Source: Tolypothrix carrinoi HA7290-LM1 (GTDB lineage Bacteria > Cyanobacteriota > Cyanobacteriia > Cyanobacteriales > Nostocaceae). Taken from it: a stretch of 51,921 nucleotides of DNA. Below are positions 41,254-51,688 of this stretch, piece after piece. The stretch lies in the NCBI GenBank assembly GCA_019358935.1, contig JAHHIK010000059.1:1-51921 (forward strand), written 5' to 3'. A program made the translations under genes and the position numbers. Each line of letters opens with the position of its first letter. The first letter of the stretch is position 1. Below the pieces are notes generated by a model. That model saw only the letters and a list, made by a program, of their open reading frames with translations, did not search any database and was not told the DNA's origin.

Positions 41254-41500
41254 TTGGGCAATGGGCAATGGGCAATGGGCAATGGGCCCTATCGCAATGG
41301 GCAATGGGCAATGGGCAATGGGAATTAAAGACGCTCGATTTTTAATGCGCGTTCTATTCTAATAGCATTCTTTCCATGCCCAATGCCCCATGCCCCATGC
41401 CCCATGCCCAATGACGGCAGATGCTCTCGCGTAAGTCCGACACCAAGACCGCACAGCCAAACCTATGCCCCATGCCCAATTCCCAATGCCCCATTCCCAT
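41254..41500. repeat. Inverted heptamer arrays (TGGGCAA / TGCCC(C/A)A) with an inserted dispersed repeat
   Basis: TGGGCAA runs 41254-41322, complementary runs 41376-41500, GACGGCAGATGC.. insert at 41413. Confidence 0.85.
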
Positions 41501-41526
41501 TATTTACGGAGATACGAACCGCCAAG

Positions 41527-42762
41527 ATGCCAAGAACGCCAAGTTTAGAGGGGAAGGAGTTGATTGCATATCTTCGTTCTGCTTACGCTATTCGGGAACG
41601 TTGTATGCAATTGTTTGTATTGGCGACTGAAGATAAGTTGCCAAATTTTGGTTGTGATTTGATGCAGTTGGATAAGGTAGCAGATTATGTGATTTCGGTG
41701 ATGCGGGGTGAGTACCCAAATTTGGATATTCCGTTTCACAGTCGTTGGCGACATTTTGAGGCTGGAGGTGTGCAACGTTTAACTCAGTTGGATGAGATGT
41801 TGGTGGGAATGACACCGCTGCAAAAAGCGGCTGCGAAGTTTGATTTGGCGATTCTTAGTGTTTTGCTGGATGCGGGAGCGGGGAATAGCTGGGGTTATTA
41901 TGAGCAGGAGACTAATTTGGGTTTCCGGCGAAGTGAAGGTTTGGCTGTGGCTAGTTTCCGGATGTTTTGTCAAGGTGCTTTTTCTAGTGAGGAAGGCAGT
42001 GTTTTACAAGCGGATGCTCAAAAGTTGCAATTATTAACAGAAGAAGAATTAGCGGATGGGTTTCAGGTAAATGCCGAAAATCCTTTGGTGGGGGTTTCTG
42101 GGCGGTTGAAGTTGTTGCAGAAATTAGGACAAGCTTTAGTATCTTCTCCTGATTTATTTGGCGAAGTAAATCCGCGTCCGGGAAATATGGTAAATTACTT
42201 AATGGGAAAATCTGAGAATCAGGCGATCGCGACAACTACAGTTTTTGATGCAGTTCTTGAAGGACTGAGTGATATTTGGTCTGGACGAGTTGAAGTTGCT
42301 GGAGTTAACTTGGGGGATGTCTGGTTTCACTCGGCTGTTGGTGATGATGGTTTAGTGCCATTTCATAAATTGTCTCAATGGCTTACGTATTCTTTGTTGG
42401 AACCATTACAGGAACTCGGTTTAGAAATTACTAATTTAGATGCGCTGACTGGTTTGCCAGAATATCGCAATGGAGGGTTGTGTCTGGATTTGGGACTTAT
42501 CAAGGTTAAAGATTCGCAGATTTTGCGATCGCCTCATCCAGTATCATCAGAAGTTATAGTTGAATGGCGTGCTTTGACGGTGATTTTGTTGGATTGCATT
42601 GCGGTTAGAGTGCGCCAGAAGTTGGGTATGAGTGCTTCAGAATTGCCTCTGGTGAAAATTCTCCAAGGTGGAACTTGGACAGCAGGACGAAAAATTGCTG
42701 CCGAACTCAGAACAGGTGGTGTCCCCCCTATACAAATAGAAAGCGATGGGACTGTATTCTAA
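41527..42762 (+). CDS. URC4/Urg3-family (DUF1688) protein
   Basis: IPFHSRWRHF, SVLLDAGAG, RSEGLA, FHKLSQWLTYSL, GLPEYRNGGL, SDGTVF. Start uncertain (41527 or TTG 41560). Confidence 0.88.
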   Translation: MPRTPSLEGKELIAYLRSAYAIRERCMQLFVLATEDKLPNFGCDLMQLDKVADYVISVMRGEYPNLDIPFHSRWRHFEAGGVQRLTQLDEMLVGMTPLQKAAAKFDLAILSVLLDAGAGNSWGYYEQETNLGFRRSEGLAVASFRMFCQGAFSSEEGSVLQADAQKLQLLTEEELADGFQVNAENPLVGVSGRLKLLQKLGQALVSSPDLFGEVNPRPGNMVNYLMGKSENQAIATTTVFDAVLEGLSDIWSGRVEVAGVNLGDVWFHSAVGDDGLVPFHKLSQWLTYSLLEPLQELGLEITNLDALTGLPEYRNGGLCLDLGLIKVKDSQILRSPHPVSSEVIVEWRALTVILLDCIAVRVRQKLGMSASELPLVKILQGGTWTAGRKIAAELRTGGVPPIQIESDGTVF

Positions 42763-43017
42763 TTGTAAGTAGTTAGAGTTAGTTTGAATTAAGGAACGAG
42801 TTATGAGTCAGCGATCGCATTTGGTTGCTGATAATTGTTTTCTTTGTTTTTTTAATATACGGGAATGAGCGCAGAATTAATGGAGAACGAACCGCAGAGG
42901 ACACAGAGAACACAGAGTTTGGAAGAGTTTTTGCGTAAGTTTTAGAAGTAATAAAATCTGTCTTCCCCATTCCCCATTACCCATTCCCCATTCCCCATTC
43001 CCACTTTATATAAAAAT

Positions 43018-43650
43018 ATGACAAAAGTAACATTGATTGACCATCCGTTGATTCAGCATAAACTAACGCTGATGCGTAAGGCTGAAACTAGTACGGCAAA
43101 ATTTCGCGTTCTTCTGAAAGAAATTAGCTTGTTGTTGGCTTATGAAGTGACGCGGGATTTACCGCTGAAATATGAAGTGATAAAAACGCCATTAGCGCCA
43201 ATGAATGCACCAGTGCTGGCACCGGAAAAAAAGCTGGTGTTAGTTTCGATCATGCGGGCAGGACAGGGCATTTTAGATGGAATGCTGGAGTTAATGCCAT
43301 CGGTTAGGGTGGGACATGTTGGTTTATATCGCGATCCAAAGACGTTGATTCCGGTGGAGTATTATTTTAAGATTCCCGATGACGTGGATAAGCGAGATAT
43401 GCTGGTGGTCGATCCGATGTTGGCTACTGGTAATTCAGCGGTGGCAGCGGTGGAAAGACTGAAATCAACTAATCCGATGTCGATTCGGTTTGTCTGCTTG
43501 CTTGCTGCACCGGAAGGTATTGAGCATTTTTGCGCGGTACATCCTGATGTGCCTTTGTATACGGCAGCAATTGATGACCATTTGAATGAACACGGTTATA
43601 TTATACCGGGTTTGGGCGATGCAGGCGATCGCTTGTTTGGTACAAAGTAA
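43018..43650 (+). CDS. upp: Uracil phosphoribosyltransferase
   Basis: [35 protein letters not shown]. Confidence 0.97.
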   Translation: MTKVTLIDHPLIQHKLTLMRKAETSTAKFRVLLKEISLLLAYEVTRDLPLKYEVIKTPLAPMNAPVLAPEKKLVLVSIMRAGQGILDGMLELMPSVRVGHVGLYRDPKTLIPVEYYFKIPDDVDKRDMLVVDPMLATGNSAVAAVERLKSTNPMSIRFVCLLAAPEGIEHFCAVHPDVPLYTAAIDDHLNEHGYIIPGLGDAGDRLFGTK

Positions 43651-44038
43651 GCCAATAGTCAGATAAAAAAAGGTAAGAGATAAAAAGTAAATTTTGTCTT
43701 CTTCCTTTTTTATGATTTTTTGAGTGTGTCTATTGGGGGAGGCAAAAGGTTATCCTAGCCTTTCATGATATTGTTATGTTCATATTTTGCAATAAAGCTT
43801 GATAAATAATATTCATAGTTATTGCAAACAAATGGGCATTTACTAAACAACAAACCAATAATTTTTAAACCTACATGTGGGTTTTGTCACTGTGACTGTG
43901 AGTTTAATTACCTGAATGCTAGATATCAGAGGTGAAAATTTTTATGAGACTTCATCTGAATTGATAGCAAATACATCATTAATAAAAAAATAACTTTATC
44001 TTTTTTCAAGAGAGTTATCTAAAATTAATAAATTATTT

Positions 44039-44443
44039 ATGGTTAAACCAACGATTGGACAATTAGAACGAGAAATATCACAGCGTATTGGTTCTTTATA
44101 TAATACTCAACTTGGGCTACGTCCTAGTAAAGTTATTTGTCATTGCTTTGATAAAGAAATTGTCGTAACTTTAGAAGATTCTGTTACTTTAGTTGAGCAA
44201 ACTCTTGTTGATGGGAATTATAGGAAATTAGCCGAAGAAGTTAGAGTGAGTTTAAATAAAATAATTAAGCCTCAAATTAAAGCTTTGATTGAGGAAATTA
44301 TTAACAGAAATGTGATAGATATAATTAGCAATTCCAGTTTAGCAACTAATCGGACTGGTATCATTGCTATTTTGGAACAGTCCCCAGCGGTTCGCAATCC
44401 GGAAGCTATTCCGAAAGTTGATTTGAATAGTGTAAGCGACTGA
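44039..44443 (+). CDS. DUF2294 (MpsC-like) protein
   Basis: PTIGQLEREISQ..LG.RPSKV.C, E..L, TGII. Confidence 0.75.
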   Translation: MVKPTIGQLEREISQRIGSLYNTQLGLRPSKVICHCFDKEIVVTLEDSVTLVEQTLVDGNYRKLAEEVRVSLNKIIKPQIKALIEEIINRNVIDIISNSSLATNRTGIIAILEQSPAVRNPEAIPKVDLNSVSD

Positions 44444-44448
44444 GATAT

Positions 44449-45390
44449 TTACTGACGCTGGCGATTTTCGGGAAAATAAGCGATACCCAAAGCTGCCGAC
44501 GGTGTGGATTTTCCTTTTTTGCTAACGAGGGCAAATAAGGCGATCGCGTAAGGTAACATTACCAAAAATTGATAGGGAATATTCGCACCCAATGCCTGTA
44601 TTCTTAATTGTAAAGCTTCTGTTGCCCCAAACAACAAACAAGCTAAGGCTGTACTTACAGGATGCCATCTACCAAAAATTAAAGCAGCGATCGCAATAAA
44701 TCCTTTGCCAGCACTCATCCCTTCCGCAAAAAACTTTATCTGTACTAAAGTTAAATAAGCTCCTCCCAAACTGGCAAGACATCCACTAATTATCACAGCA
44801 GTGTAACGCACAGTTTGCACCGAAATACCAGCCGTATCCGCTGCCCGTGGATATTCTCCTACAGCTCGCAAAGTTAGACCAAAGCTAGTATAAAACAAAA
44901 TGTATGTAGTTAAAGCAACGATTATTAATAATAAATATACTAAAATATCTTGCTGTAACAAAGCGCCAATTAGGGGAATATTGGCAAAACCGGGAATAAT
45001 AATTGCTGCAATTCCGGGCAATTGTTGAGCTATACCACCACTAAATATTAGCCGTGCTAAAAAAGATGTTAACCCAGCTGCGACAAGATTAATTGCTAAC
45101 CCAGATACCAACTGATCGACGCGCAAAGTTACACATAAAAAAGCATGAAGTAAACCCACGATTCCCCCAGCAATCAAGGCAGCGATTACACCAATCCACG
45201 GATTATCTGTGTAAAAGGTGGCAGCAGCACTGGTGAAAGCACCTGTAAGCAACATTCCTTCTAAGCCAATATTTAGAACTCCTGAACGTTCAGAATAAAG
45301 TCCTCCCAAAGCAGCGAATGCGAGGGGAACAGCTAAACGTAGGGTAGCAACGAGGTAATCAAAGAAGAAGTTAAGATTGTCATTTGTCAT
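44449..45390 (-). CDS. Nucleoside/sugar ABC transporter permease
   Basis: SERSGVLNIGLEG, GLTLRAVGE.P.AA, GKGFIAIAALIFGRW. Confidence 0.92.
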   Translation of the reverse strand: MTNDNLNFFFDYLVATLRLAVPLAFAALGGLYSERSGVLNIGLEGMLLTGAFTSAAATFYTDNPWIGVIAALIAGGIVGLLHAFLCVTLRVDQLVSGLAINLVAAGLTSFLARLIFSGGIAQQLPGIAAIIIPGFANIPLIGALLQQDILVYLLLIIVALTTYILFYTSFGLTLRAVGEYPRAADTAGISVQTVRYTAVIISGCLASLGGAYLTLVQIKFFAEGMSAGKGFIAIAALIFGRWHPVSTALACLLFGATEALQLRIQALGANIPYQFLVMLPYAIALFALVSKKGKSTPSAALGIAYFPENRQRQ

Positions 45391-45604
45391 TTGTTGGTTG
45401 TTGGTTAGTTGTTATTTGTTGGTGGTTGGTGGTTGGTTGTTATTTGTTGGTTGTTGGTTGTTATTTGGGCACCCTCACCCTAGAAGGGTGGACGGCAGAT
45501 GCTTCAACGCGGGGAACCCGCGCAACGCACTGCCTCGGCTATACAAACAAAGTCCGCGATTAGGCGGACTAAAATGATTTTTGTTGGAATCTTACGTAAA
45601 GATG

Positions 45605-46669
45605 CTAAAAAAATCTTTGCGTCTTTGTGCCTTGGCGTGAGATTATTATTTTCTTTTCCATCGCTAGACTAATGGCAATAAACAGCACAGTCAAACCTTG
45701 AATAGCATAAACCACAGTCACGGGTACACCTGCGCTGCGTTGCATGACATTCGCACCACTACGTAGAGCCGCGAAAAATAGAGAAGTTAATATTACACCG
45801 AAAACACTACCGCGACTGAGGAAGGCGATCGCGATCGCATCAAATCCATAACCTGATGATACTTGTTCAAACAAGCGATATTTCAACCCCATCACCTCAG
45901 ACGCACCCGCTAAACCAGCTAAACCACCGGCTAACGCCATTACTAACATAATCGTGCGTTTGACGGAAATACCAGCGTAACGGGCAGCGATAGGGTTGAA
46001 TCCGACGGCGGTGATTTGATATCCTAGAGGCGATCGCATCAACAATACCCACAATATCCCCGCCGCGATTAATCCCAACAAAATTCCTGCATGTGCCAAA
46101 CTTCCTGGTAAAATAATCGGTAACTGTGCAGATTTGGCTATTAATGGCGAATATGGACTAGGCGCGTTTGCTGCTTTCAACGGATTCTGCACCAGATAGC
46201 TGACTAAGTTGATGGCAATGTAGTTTAGCAGTAACGTGGTGATTACCTCATTCACTCCGCGCACCGCTTTCAGATAACCGGGAATCCAACCCCAAACTCC
46301 ACCAAAAACAAACCCTGCCAAAAGCGCTAAAGGTATGTGAATAAATGCGGGTAAATTTTGCACATATAACCCTATTAAAGCACTTCCCAACGCACCGAGA
46401 TAAATTTGTCCTTCTCCACCAATATTAAATTGACCGGCACGCAACGCGACTAGTACGCCTAAACTAGTTAATAACAGCGGTGCCATTTTGGTAAGCGTGT
46501 TACCAAAGCCAAAGTAAGTTGAGAGAGATTCTTGAAATAGTGCAGTGTATGCAGCGATGGGGTTAGCATCGGCGAGTAAGATGAGAATTGCACCGACAAT
46601 GAGAGAAGATGCGATCGCAATTAGCGGTGAGAGAATTGGTAGCAATTGGATACGGTTAGTTGCAGTCAT
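45605..46669 (-). CDS. Nucleoside/sugar ABC transporter permease
   Basis: FNIGGEGQ, NEVITTLLLNY, GFNPIAARYAG, GYGFDAIAIA; ATG 46669 preferred. Confidence 0.92.
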   Translation of the reverse strand: MTATNRIQLLPILSPLIAIASSLIVGAILILLADANPIAAYTALFQESLSTYFGFGNTLTKMAPLLLTSLGVLVALRAGQFNIGGEGQIYLGALGSALIGLYVQNLPAFIHIPLALLAGFVFGGVWGWIPGYLKAVRGVNEVITTLLLNYIAINLVSYLVQNPLKAANAPSPYSPLIAKSAQLPIILPGSLAHAGILLGLIAAGILWVLLMRSPLGYQITAVGFNPIAARYAGISVKRTIMLVMALAGGLAGLAGASEVMGLKYRLFEQVSSGYGFDAIAIAFLSRGSVFGVILTSLFFAALRSGANVMQRSAGVPVTVVYAIQGLTVLFIAISLAMEKKIIISRQGTKTQRFF

Positions 46670-46705
46670 TATGGGACATAGATTAGGGCAATGCGATCGC
46701 ACTCA

Positions 46706-46897
46706 TTAGCTTTTGTTTTCAAAGTGTTGTGACTGAATCGTTGGTATCTCCTCAGCGGTTAAAGTGACGATTTTCCCATCTTGCATAATACTAATAGATT
46801 GACCCAGCTTGCGATGTCGTTCAATCGCTTCTGCAATTGCTGCTTTTACTCCAACATTAATTTTACTGTGTAAGGTTCTCATTTCTTCTTCAGTCAT
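46706..46897 (-). CDS. Small partner protein of the zeta-like ATPase
   Basis: GV..AIA.AIERH.KLG.SI...DGKIV; start overlaps the stop of the upstream gene. Confidence 0.7.
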   Translation of the reverse strand: MTEEEMRTLHSKINVGVKAAIAEAIERHRKLGQSISIMQDGKIVTLTAEEIPTIQSQHFENKS

Positions 46898-47454
46898 TGA
46901 TTTCCCTCCAAATTTCATCTATATAAATTATAGGTTGCTGATTAATAATACGTTCAGCTACTAACCTGGGATCTGACTTGGAGTTGTTATAAACCATCCA
47001 GCCATCACATAGCGGTAAATACAAATCAATCAGATTTCTTCGTCCCCTTTCATAGCGTCTGCGAATCACCTCTTCTGGAATTGAGTGTCCCCCACTAGCA
47101 ACCCGTCTGGCTACCCTTTCGATTGCCAAATCAGCGCTTTGCAGCCAAAAATAAATTAAGTTAATCGTGTAACCTTTTGTTTTACAATCAATTAGAAAAG
47201 GTGCAAAAGTTCTAGCTGCTAGTGTGGTTTCAAACGCAAAATCACTTCGCAAATTAGATAATATCCGCAGTCGCTGAATCATCAAACGTCCTGCCTCAAT
47301 TAGCCATAGACTCTGGATTAAATGGAGAAAGTCCAGCCGCGATCGCATCTGCATTCACATATTCAAAGCAGTCAAGAAAATTCGGCAGCAAACTCATAGA
47401 AACAGTCGTTTTACCTGAACCATTCGCACCACCAATAACGTATATATTCGGCAT
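46890..47454 (-). pseudogene. Zeta-toxin-like P-loop ATPase/kinase, frameshifted
   Basis: MPNIYVIGGANGSGKTT..NADAIA stops at GCT AAT TGA near 47300; one base less restores AIEAGR..FAFETTL..RV..GGH.IP. Confidence 0.85.
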
Positions 47455-47510
47455 ACTAATTATAAAAGTTAGCAGTTAATAGTTAGGAGTTAAGAGTTAA
47501 GAGTTAGGAG

Positions 47511-49061
47511 TTAGAAGTTAATTATCCCCTTGTCCCCCTTGTCCCCCTTGTCCCCCTTGTCCCCCTTGTCCCCCTTGTCCCCCTTGTCCCCCTTGTCCCC
47601 CTTGTCCCCCCCTCCCCCTGCCATCAACAAACCCACCTCCTCGACTGTCGCTGTTGCTGCATCTAAAATATCCAGAAACTCACCTCTGTAAATTACCGCA
47701 ATGCGATCGCTCATTGCCATCACTTCCTCTAACTCAGTAGAAATATACAAAATTGCCGCACCGCGTTTTCTTTCTGCCAACAAGCGAGAATGCACTGCTT
47801 GAGTTGCCCCTACATCTAATCCCCTTGTCGGTTGCATTGCGACAATTAATAGCGGTTCCCCCGTCAATTCTCGCGCTAACACCACCTTTTGTTGATTTCC
47901 TCCCGACAAGTGACTTACCTTCACATCTTCCCCCGTTGCCCGAATATCAAACTCTTGCATTGCAGACTTAGCGTGATTTTTAATTGCTTCTTTCTGTAAT
48001 AAAAAGCGACGAGAAAAAGGCAACTTTTTAAAAGTCTTTAAAATCAGGTTTTGGGCAATACTAAATTGCAATACCAAACCCATTTTTTGCCTATCTTCCG
48101 GAATGTAACCGATATTTTTGACGGCAAACTCGATTTTACCGCTTTTAACAAATTGTAAATTTGTTATGGCATCTGCTAATTCACGCTGTCCGTTGCCATC
48201 AACACCCGCGATTCCTAAAATTTCTCCGGCTCTAAGTTGAAATGAAACATCACGCACAGCAGTAAGATTTCTCTCATCTACAACTTGCAAATTCTGCACC
48301 GATAAGACAACTTTACCAGGTGAAACTGCTGATTTATTTAACTGTAAAACAACTTCACGTCCCACCATCAATTCTGCTAATTGTTGAGGTGTAGCTTGTT
48401 GAGTATTTGTATTTGCTACTACCTTTCCCCGTCGCAACACCGTTACTGTATCGCAGAGATTCATCACTTCATCAAGCTTGTGACTGATAAAAATAATTGT
48501 GTTTCCATTTGCTGCAAGTTGGCGGAGAATAGCAATTAAAGATTTCACTTCGGGGGGTGTTAATACTGCTGTCGGTTCATCCAAAATCAACAATTTTGCT
48601 TGGCGGTAAAGAACTTTAAGAATTTCTACTCGCTGTTGCGCTCCTACTGGTAAATCAGCTACTCTCATACTGGGGTCAATTTCTAATTTATAAGCTTGGG
48701 ATAAAGCAGCTATTTCTTCTTGTTTTTGCCGCAGATTTAAACGCCAGCTTTTCTCAGTTCCCAGAATGATATTTTCGGTGACGGTTAACTGAGGTACAAG
48801 CATGAAGTGTTGGTGAATCATGCCGATACCTTGATTAATTGCGTCTTTTGAAGATGCAAAATTTACTGCTTTATCTTGGAGATAAATTTGACCTTCGTCA
48901 GGTTGATATAAACCACTAATGATGTTCATTAAAGTGGTTTTTCCGGCTCCATTTTCACCTAAAATTGCATGAATTCCAGGTTCAATACTTAGGCTAATAT
49001 TATCGTTAGCAATAAATGAACCGAAGCGTTTGGTGATTTTTTCTAAACGTAAATATGACAT
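47511..49061 (-). CDS. Nucleoside/sugar ABC transporter ATPase (two ABC domains)
   Basis: GENGAGKT, ILDEPT, LSGGNQQK, QPTRGLD; repeat-derived (GDK)9 tail. Confidence 0.94.
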   Translation of the reverse strand: MSYLRLEKITKRFGSFIANDNISLSIEPGIHAILGENGAGKTTLMNIISGLYQPDEGQIYLQDKAVNFASSKDAINQGIGMIHQHFMLVPQLTVTENIILGTEKSWRLNLRQKQEEIAALSQAYKLEIDPSMRVADLPVGAQQRVEILKVLYRQAKLLILDEPTAVLTPPEVKSLIAILRQLAANGNTIIFISHKLDEVMNLCDTVTVLRRGKVVANTNTQQATPQQLAELMVGREVVLQLNKSAVSPGKVVLSVQNLQVVDERNLTAVRDVSFQLRAGEILGIAGVDGNGQRELADAITNLQFVKSGKIEFAVKNIGYIPEDRQKMGLVLQFSIAQNLILKTFKKLPFSRRFLLQKEAIKNHAKSAMQEFDIRATGEDVKVSHLSGGNQQKVVLARELTGEPLLIVAMQPTRGLDVGATQAVHSRLLAERKRGAAILYISTELEEVMAMSDRIAVIYRGEFLDILDAATATVEEVGLLMAGGGGDKGDKGDKGDKGDKGDKGDKGDKGDKGIINF

Positions 49062-49129
49062 TGCGTGTTGTAGTTGTGTTAAATTTCACGCAGAGACGCA
49101 GATAAAAACTTTGCGTGAGGCTTTAATTT

Positions 49130-50176
49130 TTAAGCTGTCGCTTTTTTTGCACAGCGCGTATCTTTATTACCGTCTTTGCAATTTTCAAATGTGATTTTTT
49201 TATCAACAATTTCTTGTTTTGTATTTAATGCCTTTTGTTTAATTGCTGCTGGAACAATTTCGTTAAAGTTTCCCAAGTTTAAAATATCTGGTCTTTCTAA
49301 ACCAATTGTATATATTTGCCCTTTTAATTGTTTCTGTTTTGCTAATTCTGCTAGATATGCGATCGCTAAATCCATTCGCTTCACAGCACTGGTTAAAACG
49401 GCTTTTGGGGCTACTTCTAGTTGGTCTTTGGTATTCCCAAAAGCATAAATACCTTTATCTGCGGCTGTTTGTAGCACGGCAGGAGAGGAATTATCTAACC
49501 ATTGATAGATGACATCAGCGCCAGCAGAAATCAATGCTAAAGTAGCTTCTTTACATGAAGCAACATCATTCCAATCACCTGTAAAAGTAGGGATAATTTG
49601 TATATTTGGTTTAACTGATTTTGCCCCTAATTCAAATCCGCGTAATTCATCTTCAGTAGCGGGGAATTTTTCGCCAGCAATGTAAGCCATTTTGTTAGAT
49701 TTGGTTAGGGAAGCGCCAATAATTCCACACAAATAGCTGACTTGCAGATGATCTATTCGCAAAGCGGCAATATTTTCTCCTTTAAGATTACCATTGACGC
49801 AGACAAAAAACGTGTTGGGAAATTGGGCAGCGATTTGTTCTACAGATGCGTCAAATTGTCCGCCGTGGGCGAATATTATATTGTAGCCCCTACGAGCGAA
49901 ATCACTTAAAGTTTCGGCTTGGTCTGCTTGCGCTACCTTTTCGACAAAGTTAACTTCTGCACCCAGCTTTTGTTTGGCAAGGTTGACACCTTCGTAACCG
50001 AATTGATTCCAGGCTTTGTCAGTGATGGTACCAGGAAGTGCGATCGCTATCTTAAATTTTTCACCACCACCTGCCGTGGGTGTCGTTGTTTGATTGCTAC
50101 TGCAAGCTTTTAGCAGTAAACTGGTGCTAAAGGCAACTGAACTATATAGAAATTGACGCCGATTCAATACCGCCAT
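49130..50176 (-). CDS. BMP-family nucleoside-binding lipoprotein
   Basis: RRQFL twin-Arg-like signal with LKAC lipobox; DKAWNQ.GYEG, G.W.D, GADVI, TSAVKR.D. Confidence 0.9.
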   Translation of the reverse strand: MAVLNRRQFLYSSVAFSTSLLLKACSSNQTTTPTAGGGEKFKIAIALPGTITDKAWNQFGYEGVNLAKQKLGAEVNFVEKVAQADQAETLSDFARRGYNIIFAHGGQFDASVEQIAAQFPNTFFVCVNGNLKGENIAALRIDHLQVSYLCGIIGASLTKSNKMAYIAGEKFPATEDELRGFELGAKSVKPNIQIIPTFTGDWNDVASCKEATLALISAGADVIYQWLDNSSPAVLQTAADKGIYAFGNTKDQLEVAPKAVLTSAVKRMDLAIAYLAELAKQKQLKGQIYTIGLERPDILNLGNFNEIVPAAIKQKALNTKQEIVDKKITFENCKDGNKDTRCAKKATA

Positions 50177-50309
50177 ACACTAGCCCTGAGATTGTTAGTT
50201 AATCAATGTGAAAGTCCGCACAGGCAAACGCGAATTTTCCAACTCTTGACTGAAGACATTGTGACATACAGCAAGGAAACTGAAAGAGTAAGCTCAAACA
50301 TATACCCAA

Positions 50310-50759
50310 ATGCAATACATAAAAAAGAACAAAGAACTTTTACGTGTCATCCTTGCAGTATGTCTCATCATAGTCGGAATAACGCACTTTACCGTTGCCG
50401 ATCAATATGCAAGAATTGTACCGCCGCAACTCCCCAATCCTTTAGGATTAGTTTATCTGAGTGGTTTTTATGAAATTTTGGGTGGTATCGGTTTATTAGT
50501 TCCCCCTCTAAGTCAACCTGCTGCTTGGGGTTTAATTGCTCTTTTTATTGCGGTTTACCCAGCTAATATCAACATGGCGGTTAATCACATTAAAATAGAC
50601 CATGTACCAGATTCAAACTTGTTACAAGCGATAAGACTGCCCTTACAAGCAGTTTTAATTGCATGGGCTTGGTGGTATACAAAACCTTCAGAGCGAGAAA
50701 AACAAGCTTCAATTATTCCTAAGTCTCTTATTCCTAAAGAACTGGAATTGTTAGAGTGA
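50310..50759 (+). CDS. DoxX-like membrane protein
   Basis: GITHF, IVPP.LP, SGFYEILGG, AVYPANINMA, RLPLQ. Confidence 0.85.
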   Translation: MQYIKKNKELLRVILAVCLIIVGITHFTVADQYARIVPPQLPNPLGLVYLSGFYEILGGIGLLVPPLSQPAAWGLIALFIAVYPANINMAVNHIKIDHVPDSNLLQAIRLPLQAVLIAWAWWYTKPSEREKQASIIPKSLIPKELELLE

Positions 50760-51047
50760 GTTTTTGACATACCTCTTGTTAACCCTCTCCTAAAAGGCTT
50801 GTCATTACCAACATGATTTAAAAACGTGAATTTGTCTAAAGCTTTGTTACACCTCAGACTTAAGTAGTATCGGCTAAACGGACTATTAAATAATTAGAGT
50901 CGGATTTATCCGACTTCAGCTGTTAGGCTGGGACTTAAGTCCCAGACGGGATACTTCACAACCGATGATTTAGAGATGTTGGTAATAGTAAGTCCTAAAA
51001 AAAGACGGTTTCAGGAGTAAAATAATTAGGGAGCAAGCAAGTTTGAT

Positions 51048-51542
51048 ATGAACACATCAAAGACAGTACAACAATTGCAGGCGCAATGGGTAACACCAGA
51101 AAATTTTCGTCGTTACGGGCAAGTTATTTTTGCCAGTAAGGACGGGAAAGCTTACGATACTAAAGATGCCCAGTTAAATTTGCAAAATGGAATTCCCCGC
51201 TTTTATATTATGCGGTTGCAACGCCGAGGGCGGAAGTTTTACACAATTACTCGGCATATGCAATGCACTCAATGTTTGGGTTCTTTGTCAGGAAAGGATT
51301 GGTTAATTGCGGTTTGTCCTCCTGATAATAATGTTGATGAACCAGCTTTAGAAGAGATTGCAGCTTTCCGCATTCCGGGAAATTGTTTTATTAAGTTAGA
51401 GGTGGGAACTTGGCACGCAGGACCATATTTTGAGCATGAGTTTGTCGATTTTTATAATTTAGAATTGAGTGATACGAATGTGGTGGATCATTTCACTCAT
51501 GATTTTGTTAAGAGTCATCAGTTAGAGTTTGAGATGGTCTAG
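51048..51542 (+). CDS. Ureidoglycolate lyase-like cupin protein
   Basis: TPENF..YGQVI, ITRH..CTQ, GTWHAGP. Confidence 0.8.
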   Translation: MNTSKTVQQLQAQWVTPENFRRYGQVIFASKDGKAYDTKDAQLNLQNGIPRFYIMRLQRRGRKFYTITRHMQCTQCLGSLSGKDWLIAVCPPDNNVDEPALEEIAAFRIPGNCFIKLEVGTWHAGPYFEHEFVDFYNLELSDTNVVDHFTHDFVKSHQLEFEMV

Positions 51543-51688
51543 TTTAATCAGTAGGACGAATCCCCAGACTTCAACTGGCACATTGTTAAGCTCTCCGGCG
51601 GGGTAAAAACGCACTACAAACTCAACGAGTTATCAGCCGCCCTGCTTGTCACATACGACTTACAACTGGCACAACGCTTAACAGTTCT

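Noticed and set aside
41383..41526. N-terminal extension of the URC4-like protein
   Set aside because: It is translated heptamer repeat sequence.
46688..47710. 13-bp direct repeat GCAATGCGATCGC as islet boundary
   Set aside because: Eight of the 13 bases are the abundant HIP1 octamer and the second copy lies inside the ATPase gene; chance is plausible.
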